Shown in pieces: positions 52,292 to 64,000 of a stretch of 64,000 bases of DNA. Made by a program: the position numbers and the translations under genes. The notes beneath the pieces are model-generated. The model had not been told where the DNA came from. It worked only from the letters and a program-made list of their open reading frames with translations, and did not search any database. Where the stretch lies: NCBI RefSeq assembly GCF_964204645.1, contig NC_134026.1, positions 17,394,150 to 17,458,149 of the forward strand, given 5' to 3'. This DNA comes from Tubulanus polymorphus (lineage: Eukaryota > Animalia > Nemertea). Every line of letters starts with the position of its first letter. The stretch's first letter is position 1.

Positions 52292-53519
52292 AACTAAATC
52301 AAAAATATAAGTTGTAATTCCATAACGCTAATAAATCTATTCTGGGAGAATTCTACACACATTTGATATAGTATATTCATTTACTAGAAATGATGTACAT
52401 GGTTGAACGTTTGTGGTGGTAATACTCTAATGACAATTTCCAATCGGATTCGAATTTACTCGTAGAGCATTGTCGTTCTACTGTAGACAGCATCTAAAAC
52501 TACAAATCTTGAAACAAGAAATTTGTGATGATTCGTTTTTGTCAACGCAAACGTTGCTTCTTCGATTTGCACAGGCATCGGTTTCTTTTTGCAGTTTGCT
52601 TTTTAGTGAGCAGTTAGTCATCTAGTACATGTGTATTCACGAAGAGTAGCATATTTTCTAACAATTTTGAATGACTCTTAATGTCCGAGTGCTCACTGTT
52701 GTTAGAGCAGCTGGCATGTTATCTGGCATGTTTTGTTATCTATGGAACCTCCAGTTTTGGTGCCATATTTGCTATTTTCATATGTATACATGTAGGTTGC
52801 AAAATACATTTTTAATCGCCTCTTATTTCAAAACGTTTTGAGATTATCAGGAATTATTTTTCTAGTAGAGAAACCATTTGTCTACTTTATGTGTTTTATT
52901 ATGTTTATAGATGACAGATATTAACTCTAACGTAAGGCCAACCCGTGGTGTTGGTCCAATCTTGATGGTTGTCAAGGTGCACGTGAGAATTTCGATTGAA
53001 TATCATGGCGGGGAGAATATGATGTCACATGTTTTGAGTCTTTGTGACCATACGTTGTGTTCAGAATGAATCATTTTCCATCCAACTTCTTTGTTATATC
53101 CTACAATCAGGAAAATGGTTTTCGAAAAACAAGGTGTTGTATCAGTTACATGTACTATATAGCACTTACTAAAGCCCGCCGCACACGGCACCGAAATAAC
53201 TTATATATACTGATATACTTTCTTCAAAGTAGACAAATAATGGTTTCTCTACTGAAAAGGGAATTTCTTGATTTTAGACTCGAACGATACGAACCCTGAC
53301 TGAGAATTGAACTTTGAATACAAACACAAAATCAAAATTTACATTTCACATGATAAATCGGTTTTACAAAGAATCCCGAATGCATTTACATCATTGGTCA
53401 TATTTCCCGCTAACGAATATTCACATGATCACACACGGTATAAACAAATTCACAAATGATTCAAATAAATACGAGGGTACATGACGGTCCCCTTGAATAA
53501 ATGAAGTTAGTGATTACAA

Positions 53520-53750
53520 AAAAAAACGGATACTAAGGAAGCCAGCTGTCGGACTCCCTCCTGCAAAGTTGGACAATATGCTGCAAAGCATATTTTTAGA
53601 TCAAACATCGGGGATTCGTGATTTTGGCATCCTCCCTCGCAGGTATTTGAACCTGATGCCATTCGCCACGGTACGACCGACTTGCACAGGTACATATGGC
53701 CATAGGGTCAGCCGTACATGTGGCTTAACGGCTTGATTCGATCACCAGTT
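53520..53750 (-). mobile_element. Possible tRNA-derived SINE remnant
   Basis: B-box-like GGTTCAAATACC on the minus strand at about 53641-53653 in a GC-elevated patch. I could not build a cloverleaf. Confidence 0.25.
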
Positions 53751-53863
53751 TCTGACAACAGCTAGCTTTACTGAATAATGAAATACTGCTGTTGGACTTC
53801 TAGAGATTTCAATGGAACATTTCCCTCTTTTCTTAATCTAAATAGCTAGAGAGTGAATAACTA

Positions 53864-54296
53864 AACCGCGCAAAATTGATTGCTGGGTTCTCGACATAGT
53901 CCTCAGAAAAAGTTGACGAGGAAGCGCGATGTTTACTTTTATTTTCTTCTTTTTAAAGTTTAAAAATAATAAACCAGAACTTGAAATTTTGACACAATTT
54001 TGATTGTTTTCTTCGTAAGGACTTTACTAACGTTACTTGTTGTATTTCTATTGTTTGGTCATATACATTGTTTCTCAACAAAATAGAGAAGTATTCCTTA
54101 CCGGAATATCCCCAATTCATTACAATACGGTCGTGCGGATTTTGTTAGTTTTTTTTTATCCGACATGATTTTAACGATGCGGGATGCACTTTATTGACAT
54201 TATGTCATTCATGTTTTAATAAATGACGCGTTTCAATAAATGACGCGCGCCGGAAACGAAAATGATGCTGAACCCAGAAATCAATTTTGCGCGGCC
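53864..54296. mobile_element. MITE with about 25-bp TIRs
   Basis: CCGCGCAAAATTGATTGCTGGGTTC is inverted as GAACCCAGAAATCAATTTTGCGCGG. Confidence 0.7.
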
Positions 54297-54509
54297 ATAG
54301 GCACCTATTTTGATATACAGGGTGTCCCATGTAGCATGTAGCATGAAGAAAGACTAATCATTTAAGACAGTTGATACAACTCTAATAAAATGACAAGTTT
54401 AAGAAAATTTTTGCAAATTGAGTTTCAAATCAATTTTTAACAGTCTCTGATACAACTACTGTGGATGCAGTCACAGCAAAAAATACGATGATCTGCGATT
54501 CAATCTGCT

Positions 54510-54612
54510 GGGTTTAGTTCCACAGTTCCGATTTAACTCTGAGTTAACTCATTGAAAATGAACTGACTTTAATTCAGAGATAACTATAACTCACAACTGT
54601 GGAACTGGGTCC
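54510..54612. mobile_element. Palindromic Harbinger-type MITE
   Basis: AGTTCCACAGTT is inverted as AACTGTGGAACT, with internal TTAACTC repeats and CWG flanks. Confidence 0.6.
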
Positions 54613-55289
54613 AGATCTATAGATTGATTTACTCGTTTCCCAGTGGCACATAATGGGTTGAGCAACCAGTTAGGGTTTTGAGAGTAGCACAAAACTATGA
54701 CGTCCATGGGTTATGAACGGCATCGAAACTTAAAAGGAGAGAAAAATTCTTAAAATTGGCTCGATTTGTCTCGAGTGTCAACTTTTAAAGAAAGCTGTCT
54801 TTTATTAGAACGTGAGTTCTTGAATGACATCGTGGGAGGATTGATTATGGGAATATCAAACTATCAGAAACAGCTTATGATTCGTGACCCAGTACGATGC
54901 GGTACTTGTTCAAACATTAGGACAGTACGAATTAAACCAGGCCGATTATTACTGACGAAATCTCTTCAGGTGAGTATCGACTGTATAGTTTCTTAACAGT
55001 CTCACGATAGGAAATTTCTCATAGTAAAAGCCATATAAAAGCCTAACACCAACGATTATACAACTAACAACGTCTTTCCTCGCCCTTAGACAATTCAAGA
55101 CTACGTAGGTCTGTGAATATCAGACAAATTTGCCGAGCGACTTAAGTTGTCAAGAGAGGCTACTCCCGGGTTGTGCGTTGATAAGTGACGGGCCATCAAA
55201 AAGAATATTTTGAAAATTTATCGGGGTCACATAAAATAATAGCGTACGCGATAAAAACCACGATCAACTCCATAGCGAGCGCCGTCTAT

Positions 55290-56594
55290 ATAGAATAGAA
55301 TGTTTTATTGCTCGACAAAATACAATTGCTTAGAGCACAAAAACAAAATCAAAATCTTTAACAATAACAATAAGTAATGCGGTTCACAATTAACAGATAA
55401 TTAACATACTTAGACGCACATACACATACAGATACAAAATCAAAAAACATACAACAACATATACAAAAATGGTCTAGAGAAATTTAGAAGCAGTTTTGAT
55501 AAATTTGATGAGTTGATTAAGTTGTTTCCCTTTAGTTTACATTTGTTGGGTAAATTTGTAAACGCTTTGTCTAGTTCTGAAAAATGGTTTTAAGAATTTA
55601 GTGCGGATGTTTCGGAAAAAAGTGCATTTAATGACGTGATGAAATTCGTCCCCAACATCTTCAGTGTCACAGAGACTACAAATTCTTTCCTCCCTGGGGG
55701 TTCGATTGTATCTTCCGGTTTCTATGGGTAATTTGTGGTTTGAGCAACGAAAGCGGCAGAAAATTATTCTTAGGTCCGATGGTAATGTGGTGAGGTATTC
55801 TTCGAAGCCCCATTCGCTTTTGAAATGTTGATAATATGCTGTGTTAGAGTTGTTTCGGGATTCGTGCCAAAGTTGGATAAACTGATCTGTTAAGCGTTGT
55901 TGTACGGTGGAAGCAAAAGTATTTAAGTTTGGGGTATTCTATGTATACCATATTTCGCCCAACCAATTGGTTTCTAGAACATTTCTTATGACGTAAAGTC
56001 ATTTACTAGTGTTTCTGTCAGTTAAAAAATGACGATGGTTTTATAGACATTCGATGACTCTGAATGATAATTGAAAGAGGGAATCGTCCTAGTTCACCAT
56101 AAACAAAAAAAATTTGGCGTTGAACTTTTTAATTTTAACAGCTAGTACTTGAAAACGGTTAATTGGACTCTCTCTAGCCGGTTCAAATTTAGAAAACCCC
56201 AGATTTCACAGCCAAAAGTTAAGACGGGAACCACCATACTATCAAAGAGTTGCATTGCTAGATCTATTCCTAGTGAATATTCCTGAACGTTTTTCAATAC
56301 GAAAAACATGGCTGCTCTTGTATGGGTTTCTATTGAATCTATACATAAAGATAAACTTCCATTGTAACGGAAAAATATACCTAAGTATTTAAAACAATCC
56401 ACCAGTTCTATTTGGTTACCGTCTATGTAAAACTGGGGGGTTACGACGCTTTTCTGAAAGATAATTACTTTAGTTTTTTCCAAATTGATTTCCAGTCTCC
56501 AAAGTTGGCAGTAGTCAAATAGCACGTCCATTTCATATTGTAAACTCTGCGGGCTTTCTGTTAGAAGCACAGCATCATCGGCATGAAATGACAC
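55290..56594 (-). mobile_element. 5'-truncated non-LTR retrotransposon (RT C-terminal half, zinc finger, 3' UTR), about 1.3 kb
   Basis: HADDAVLL...LQ...D.L..YC..W.L.IN..KTKV...FKYLGI (ORF 56142-56594) is followed by CRFRCSNHKLPIETGRY...ERICSLC...VGDEFH...C near 55630-55760. The tail AATAAAACATTCTATTCTA lies at about 55290-55309. Confidence 0.92.
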
Positions 56595-57517
56595 AGAAAG
56601 TTAAAACCAGTTAAAGTTTAAACCAGAAATCTAAGTTTTCTTGGTCATGAAAGAAATTAATGCCATCACATCGATTTTCCGATAGGTATGATTCCATATC
56701 GTTCAAATAGATTGAGTAAAGGATTGGGGAAAGGTTTTCACCTTGCCACAATCCTTTAAAACTCTGAAAATAATCTGACCGTATTCCATCTACACGAACA
56801 CCCGACTTGGTATTTTCATAGATATTAGTAATTACCCGAAGGATCTTCCCTGTTACACCAGTGCTTATGATTTTGCGCCATAACGCTTTTCTCCAGATCG
56901 AGTCGAGTCGATATACTACACGCGTATAAGGCCATAGATATTGCCGGCGCGGGTGAACTTTTCCGGTTTTCCAAACGCATTGATATCACTGTTCCGCAGT
57001 TAACAAACCAAAACAGATAGATAGGGCGCCAAAATTGTTCTCGAACGCGTAGAAAATGAATTCAATTAATGACGGTAAATCATAGTTACTTAGGGGATAG
57101 TTAGGACACGTTCAGCATTACTCAGATAAGATTTATGGTCTTAAGTTGGCTGAAGTTCAATCCTCCCCTAGAACTCACAAACTACACCGCGTATCGACAT
57201 AAGATATTTTGGCTCAAGTAGGGTATTGCATAGTATAGTCCCTTCGCGTATGCTTACTGCGTTGTTCGGTTTATGTGTATCCCAAAGAAAGTTGTCATGT
57301 CGACACATTCACATCGCCAGCCATTAACATTCCATGTGTCAACGTGTCGACGTATCTACCAACCAACAAATTAACTATTAACGATCTATTAACCTCATAC
57401 ACCAAACAAACCACGTGACCAATCACCAGGCCCTTAAGTCAACAGCCGCCAAATACAGCGACAAACAAAAGGCTCTCTAGCTCAGCAAATTATAGGTGCG
57501 CTATGCTCACTTCAAAT

Positions 57518-58330
57518 TAATTAGGGTTTTCTGTTACATCACAGAAAACCCTATTGAGATTCGCGTGTTTCTTCTTATTATTATTTTATGTCACACTATT
57601 TTCACTAAAATAACTAAGGCTTTATTACCTTGCCGCTGTTGTCGATACAATCAATATGATATCGTTCAGCTCACTGAGATCTACAAATACTCCGCGTGTT
57701 TTTTCACGAATCATCGTTACAATAGCACTGTCGGGCCGTAAACATCGAAAATTTAGCCCCATTCAATGGGGCGACATGTTTTTCGAGTCGTCATCCCGAA
57801 ATCAACTCGCAGGCCGATTGTCACTTCGATTATCAATTCAAGTATAAATGAACTAATTTATTGCCGCAGACTTCACATCCAGCCGCGGTCTTCAAACAGT
57901 AATTTTAACAATAGCCCATTTTCCTCATCAAATCATATTACCGATACACAGGAAATTTACTACATTAGATTTTAAAGGCACTGTCGAGCCGTAAACATCG
58001 ACGAATCGACGTGTGTCACTACATCGTCGTTCCGGGGATCAGCTGCGAGTTTCTCCTCATCATAAGAATCAAATCGAGTAAAAATTAATTTATTACTACC
58101 AGTGATTTGGCTGCGGGTTTCAAAGAGCTAGTTTAACAATACCTATTTTTCTTTACCAAATTAACCGTGTATTTACTAAAATAAATCTTTTGTGTACCGA
58201 GGAGTCGTAGGCCTAAAATAAACACACCGAAGAGATATAGCGGAGAAAAGCTGTTGTGTCGACGAGGTATCAAAATAAAAGAATATATTACTTTATTCGG
58301 CCGCGGGCTTCTACCTCTATATCAATACCA
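57518..58330 (-). mobile_element. Helentron/HINE-like element with diverged tandem units of about 240-250 bp
   Basis: A terminal hairpin TAGGGTTTTCTG..CAGAAAACCCTA lies next to (TTA)n. GCACTGTCG.GCCGTAAACATCGA recurs at 57725 and 57978. Related hairpin ends occur at about 35030-35085 and 63715-63800. Confidence 0.55.
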
Positions 58331-58955
58331 TCAATACTCTTTATTTCCTACAGTACATACCGATCATTGTCAAATGCACAAGGTATTTACTAAATACAAG
58401 TATATAACACACTCCTGATCCTATCCGTATGCTGGACTCACACTTGACATTCGGAGTAAGCGTTCGCTGTGGGGGAAAGAATATCGTTCGCTGTGTCGCT
58501 TGAAGTGTTTATCGAGTTTTACGTGACCTTAAGGCTTTAGACCTACCGGTACTGACCTTTACTATCTCAAACAAACACAGTACAATTGTTGCGTTTATTA
58601 ACGGACTCATTGGATTGAACTTCAAAACAAAATTTACGATATTTAGGAGGGTTGTTATTCAATAGGCCTACGACCAATCTGTCCGGATGTTAGGCCTACG
58701 CATATACATAGGCCTACATAGGCTAGTAGCCTCTACTAGGTCAATGCTAAGTTCACTGTAAAGGAAGATTCAGATTTATTAAAATGCGTGTTAATTAGTG
58801 ATTAACTGACATGCAACGATCAATCAAAATTATCAATTTTATTGCCAAAAAATGAAGATTTTTTTGAAAATTTCGTCTGCAGACAGCTTTATAAGCCAGA
58901 CTTTTCATTTGTGTTTTTTCATCATAAATTAAACTGGTATTTCATTAATTCCTAA

Positions 58956-59186
58956 TGACTGGGCGAAGGTCGGCCTTGCGACGGCTTGTGACTCACTGCG
59001 AGTGGCACGTGTTCTACTTTCTGCGACGCTACACGACTGTCACAACCGACCTACGCGCTCTTGCAACTGGCAGAAACTAGTCGCACACAGTCGCTCGCTG
59101 ACAATCGTATCGCAACCGACTTGCACCGAAACTTGCGATGCAACGCGAGGATCGCATCGCGTCTCAAGGCCGACCTACGTCCGGCT
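58956..59186. mobile_element. Harbinger-like MITE with TGCGAC-type subterminal repeats
   Basis: AGGTCGGCCTTGCGACG is inverted as CGTCTCAAGGCCGACCT, with TWA flanks. Confidence 0.7.
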
Positions 59187-59195
59187 TTAAGTTAC

Positions 59196-59745
59196 TGCGG
59201 AGCCCCAGAAATATCTTTTTTTCGTTCAAAAGACCTTTCGCTTGAAAAATTTTTTCGTCGGAACCAAATTTATTTCGTTTGAACCAATAATATTCATTTC
59301 GATTGAACCAATTTGAAAAAAAATTGTTAGAATAAAGTTGAAGAAACTTTTTTTGTCCAAACGAAAGGTTTTTCGTTCGAACAATCGTTCGATCGAACAG
59401 AATCATTTTAATTCGAACAGAATTTTCTTGTCAGAACATTAAGTTTTTCGTTCGAACAAGTATATTGTAAAAAGTTTTTTCTCCGAACCAAAAGTATTAA
59501 GTATTTCGTTCAATCGAACATGGATGATTGTTTTCATTCAAACATTTGTTCGAAAAAAATTGTTTTCGCTCAACCAAATTTTTTTGCCGGGACAAAAAGT
59601 TTTTCATTTCAACAATAACATAGCTTTTTATTCAAACACATTTTTTTGTCAAAATGAAGAAAAGTTTTTGGTTCAAACAAAAAGCGTATTGTTCGATCAA
59701 ACAGAATTGTTTTCATTCGAACAAGATTTTCTTTTCGGAACGTTA
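59196..59745 (+). repeat. Degenerate TTCGTTCGAAC-unit array, possibly one arm of a second IS3EU-like element
   Basis: It begins TGCGGAGCCCCAG and continues as many short TTCGAAC-containing units, an architecture like the arms of 41688-42709. I saw no partner TIR. Confidence 0.45.
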
Positions 59746-60099
59746 ATGGTCAAACAGCGTGTTAAGGTCGTTTTGGAAATTTACTCGGTCTGGTATATTT
59801 TAGATTACTGTGTATGTTATTTGTCAGGACATTAAACAGAAGACGACTTAGGATACCACCTTGCGTGACTCCACTAGTTAGACCAACTTATTCCAAGATG
59901 ATACTGTTTCCTAATACCCTGTTTAATGCTTTGTCGAAATCCACCGTTGAACAGGATTCTAAGACTGTGCAGAAAACCCGTTATCGTTGCTTTGCAGCTA
60001 TATTTACATTTTATTTTACATTTAACAACAATCCCAATTAATCTAAGCTATCCACAGTATCGTTATTTCGGCGTTATTTCAATTTCAGTTGAACTGCAA

Positions 60100-61179
60100 C
60101 AGGGTGACCACAAACCACCCACTTGGAAATTCCCTGTGTTTTCCCTGTGTTTTCCCTGTGAAAAGTTGATTTTCCCTGTGCTGGGCGTCATATGGAGACC
60201 ATGACAAATATAAGATTGCAGCCTATCGTCTGATATAGCTCCGCTGTGATTATACAAATTTGTTAGAAAGTGGCGCTATAACTTTGTAGGCCTTGGCCTA
60301 TTATATAGATCACTCACACCAAGTTTTGTCAAGATCTGCAAACTGTGGCAGGAGTAGCAATTTGGCCTATTATATAGATCACTCACACCAAGTTTTGTCA
60401 AGATCTGCAAACTGTGGCAGGAGTAGCAATTTTAGTTTTTTCAAGATGGCCGCCCTAATTTGCATAATTTATGCAAAATGGCTCTATAGCTTTGTAGGTA
60501 TTGGCCTGTAGATCACTCATACCAAGTTTAGTCAAGATCCAATAAAAACTGTGGGAGTAGCGATTTTAGTTTTTTCAAGATGGCTGCCCTAATTTGCATA
60601 ATTTATGCAAATTTTCAAAAAATGGCTCCATAGATATGTAGACCCTTGCTCTTAGATCATTGGTACCAAATTTCATCCAAATCGGATGAAAACTGAGAGA
60701 CAAGAATCGAAATGTTTAAAAGTTGACGGACGGACAGACGGACGACGACGGAGACCCCCTAACCCACCAGCTCTGCTGACCTTCGGTCACAGCGGAGCTA
60801 AAAATTGAACACAGCTTGATATGAGATTTCAAAGTTCATATTACAATTCATTCAATGAATGTCAAACCACATCATTTATAAAAAGTAACATTTAATATGT
60901 TCTAATTACATGTACCCGGTAAATAATAATACCCCACGACTTATAGGGGACTTAATATTCTTAAAATATGTGTGACTTAATATTCTTAAAGTATTACTTA
61001 CCATATGATCCTTGATATATAATCAGGTAGACAATTGTAAACATTCGCGGTGAAAACGCGCGTGCGAGACAAAAGTAATTTCCCTGTGTTTTCCAGATTT
61101 TTACCAATTTCCCTGTGTTTTCCCTGAGAAACATCATTTCCCTGTGTTTTCCCTGTTTTCCAGATTCGTGGTCACCCTG
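60100..61179. mobile_element. hAT-like (hAT5-type) non-autonomous element with 5-bp TSD
   Basis: Perfect 12-bp TIR CAGGGTGACCAC / GTGGTCACCCTG with a TGCAA TSD (60095-60099, 61180-61184). TTCCCTGTGTT subterminal repeats occur at both ends. Confidence 0.85.
60204..60804 (+). mobile_element. Helentron-associated interspersed element (HINE/DINE-like) nested in the hAT-like element
   Basis: 14-bp subterminal inverted repeat TAGCTCCGCTGTGA (60236-60249) / TCACAGCGGAGCTA (60787-60800). Internal tandem units include an exact 69-bp duplication (60293-60430). A GACG microsatellite, a 3' hairpin and an A-run end the element. Confidence 0.85.
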
Positions 61180-61184
61180 TGCAA

Positions 61185-61481
61185 GCACAAGAGAGTGCAG
61201 GATTCGGTAAGTATACCAACCGCAAAATGCGCAACGCTACTCGACACATTTTCTATAAACCCGCACCGGAGACATTGGCACCTGATGCGACGCAGCTTAA
61301 AAGTGCCGGAATAAATCAGGACACTTATACCGCGAAATTCTGGGATATCACCGGGGTGTCTGACCAACTAATGGACTTATGCATAGCTAAATATCCTCAC
61401 ATAGAGCTTCTGAGAGAAATACTGACTCAGGCAGGGCAAACTGAGGCCGAAACTGATAACAACGATGACGATGATAACTAA
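61185..61481 (+). pseudogene. Coding-like segment of an unknown gene, cut off upstream by the hAT-like insertion
   Basis: 98 open codons with protein-like composition and an acidic C-terminal tail. The frame continues into 60089-60099 if the element and one TSD copy are removed. Confidence 0.35.
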
Positions 61482-61584
61482 ATTTTATTGTGTAATCATT
61501 TCGTAAAGAAAACCTTATACATTAATACGTTGTTTATTTACTTCTCTCATTTGTTTGTGTTTTGTGGTCACCCGTCAACCAGTC

Positions 61585-61790
61585 AACCCACGATCCTTGT
61601 ACATACATTGGCGACAACGTTGCGACGTGTCGTCCGTCGAGCATCAACCAGTGGATGTTATAAGTCTATGCACTCTATCGTCTCTCATTTTTGTCACCAC
61701 GATCCTTGTACATAAATTGTCGACGTGTCATCCGTCGACCGTCAATCAGCGGGTGAGATATGCACTCTATCATCTCTCCAATGGGTCAAC
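61585..61790 (+). repeat. Two diverged tandem units of about 110 bp
   Basis: CCACGATCCTTGTACATA...CGACGTGTC.TCCGTCGA...TATGCACTCTATC.TCTC occurs at about 61588 and about 61697. Confidence 0.75.
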
Positions 61791-62632
61791 CAACAAACAA
61801 CATAGTCAACTGTCACTAGTCGTCGGTCAACCTGTACATGAACTGTATCTTTGCCGCGCATTAATACCCAATTATCAATGTATTCATGCGCCAATGTATT
61901 AATGCACTGATACATTAACCGCACAACTTATTAACTCTACGCCAAGGCACTATACTATGCTATATCCGACTTGGGCCGATATTTTTATCACTGCAAAAGA
62001 AACTTATTTAATACTTCTTTGAAAGCTAAGTTAGAGTAAATCAGATGACAATAAATGTCTTTAGTTCATAACTTTAGAGGAAAAACTCCAGTCATGTATT
62101 GTGAACCGCCGGTTTGCTGATCTGAACGATCCTAGCTACCTACGCGCATGAATAAGTGCCGGTATTATGATTTGTGCCCAAGTACATTGCTCGGCTACGA
62201 TGGTATAACCGAAAATGATAGGATCCAAAAATTTGTAACTGCATATTTAAGTTGCAATCAATTAAATGAAATGCTGAAATCAATTACGGGTATAGAGCTA
62301 CCACAATGACGTAATCGTATTAACAAGGAGTTTAGCAAGAAAGCTAGTGACAAAATGGACTCTTAAGTGTTCATAATAAGAATCACCCACACCATGACGT
62401 TTGTTATTAACTTAGCTTATGGAAACAATTGATCATATGACATGGACGTATTCTCTATACCATACGTCCATAGTAGTCGAATGAAACACTCTAATCCGTG
62501 TATACTGTAGATTAATTGAAGAAGTCACACAATTCGAATTTGATTTGAAATAATTTATCAGAACGAACCACAACGTTTCGTTCTTATAAATTATTTCATA
62601 TAAAATTCGAATTCTGGGACTTCTTCGATTAA

Positions 62633-62907
62633 TCATACGTCCATATTCACAACTAATTGCTCACTCAACTCCCAAAGGCGTTCGGTGACCTCCCGATAGT
62701 TCATTGGTAGATGCGGAATGGTTGCCTTGCAATCAACGAACAATTCAGCCGATGACGATACGTTCATATCTTCCTCGGTGGCGCAGTATATTATCGTTTG
62801 CGCTCCTTGTTCTGGCGATCGGAAAAACAGTGACGCAACGCACCGAAGTAATAATCGTTTCACACGACTGTCTGACCACGACCGGAATAGGTTCGTGTTT
62901 GTTGCTC
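62633..62907 (-). CDS. Short-chain dehydrogenase/reductase (RDH11-14/DHRS13-like), last exon
   Basis: Acceptor ttttctactccag, then GATNTNLFR...FFRSPEQGAQTIIYCA...FVDCK...ERLWELSEQLV, and a stop at 62633-62635. Confidence 0.9.
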
Positions 62908-63132
62908 CTGGAGTAGAAAATAATTCACAAAATATCTATATTTGTTTCCATGACCTATTGGCTGTAACGAGGAGCGATAGGGCACTTTTTTGTCAACTTT
63001 TGTTTCCTTTGGATTTTAAACACCAAATAGTTTTTTAACTCGCACCCTATTGCCCAAAATGGGAATAGTTGTGCATGATTACATTGTCAAAACTGAAATC
63101 ATTTTGAACCAGATAATTTAAGCATGGCTTAC

Positions 63133-63462
63133 CTGGATGAACTGCGAACGCCGAAATGCCGTCCTTGCCAAATCGGCTATTCACTCCAGTGGTAAATAAA
63201 ATGTTGGCCACCTTACTCCGACCGTACGCTAAATACGGCGAATAGTATTTCTTTCGTGGCGATCGAAGCCAGGCCAAATCTTCGAGATTCAAATTCCTTG
63301 CGCCGATTATGTGAGCGTCGGATGCGACAACGACAACTCTAGACTTTGAACATACATTGATGATGGGTAGCAGTTCGCTGAACAGAAGAAAATGGCCCAA
63401 ATGATTGACAGTGAAGGTCATCTCGTATCCTTCTACAGACTTCTTCATTGGGCCCAGGTACG
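63133..63462 (-). CDS. Short-chain dehydrogenase/reductase (RDH11-14/DHRS13-like), penultimate exon; upstream exons probably outside the window
   Basis: GYEMTFTVNHLGHFLL, RVVVVASDAH, the catalytic YxxxK motif (YGRSK) and AVHPG. The donor CCAG|GTAAGC is at 63133/63132 and the acceptor is ttctatctttcaag (phase 1). Confidence 0.92.
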
Positions 63463-64000
63463 CTTGAAAGATAGAACATCAATCTTGATATAATTTCTAA
63501 TCAATATGCGTTTTGGTCGATTATTGATTAAAAAGGATATGTTAATCTTCTTAAATCTTAACAGATTTACTCCACCGTGTTTCCTGTAACTTTCCTCGAT
63601 GGAACCACAAGAAGAAAACTCCTTAAAATCCACTCGGTCTGCTTTCCATAGCTTTTAAATCTATTTCTGAGTTCACTTATCAATCAATAGAATTAGAATT
63701 CTAATTCTTGATATTTGGGATTTTATCTTCTTTCAGAGAAAACCCTATTGATTTCCTCCGGATTAGTATAATCATGATTATTATTGTTATTATCATTATT
63801 ATAGTTGCTGTCGTCATTGTCAATTCTGAGCACATCTTTTAATTTTCAGGATGTGTTCGACATTTGAGATTTTCCATTTTAATGTTGAAATCTTTATTTT
63901 TTTCTATTTAAGCATGATACATGAACCAGAAACTTAACGCTTAACGCGAGAAATTTATAACACACAACCTGAAGGTAATTTTTGTCAGCAGGGAGACATT

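Noticed and set aside
52108-52310. C-terminal part of ORF 52008-52310
   Set aside because: It is intron read-through. The spliced frame ending ADQMAIFVR* has canonical splice sites and fits the domain better.
60293-60430. Exact 69-bp tandem repeat as a possible CRISPR array
   Set aside because: There are no unique spacers and no cas genes. It is the internal repeat of a HINE element in eukaryotic DNA.
57281-61975. One large CACTA/EnSpm-like element from CCCAAAGAAAG to the repeats near 61.9 kb
   Set aside because: I found no matching right-hand TIR or TSD.

Overview
AT-rich, intron-containing eukaryotic DNA. The gene and repeat content suggest a marine invertebrate, probably a lophotrochozoan (inference). 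Three protein-coding genes are supported. (1) A secreted Trunk/PTTH/Noggin-like cystine-knot ligand on the minus strand: main exon 9461-10378, with a probable upstream exon at about 15838-16235. (2) A plus-strand gene with five coding exons (46776-52291) encoding a secreted protein of about 239-244 aa with a domain I cannot name. (3) The last two exons of an RDH11-14/DHRS13-like short-chain dehydrogenase on the minus strand (62633-63462). The rest is intergenic or intronic DNA rich in decayed non-LTR retrotransposon fragments and non-autonomous DNA transposons (Harbinger/Zator-like with 3-bp TSDs, hAT-like with 5-bp TSDs, IS3EU-like with a 6-bp TSD, a TA-flanked TIR element and Helentron/HINE-like elements), plus long (AT)n microsatellites. 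I found no CRISPR array, rRNA or intact tRNA, and no clearly novel multi-gene system. The best leads are the trunk-like ligand, the uncharacterised secreted protein, a 37-bp motif dispersed eight times with unrelated flanks, and a nested insertion that splits an open reading frame. All alignments were done by eye, so repeat boundaries are approximate unless a TSD is quoted.
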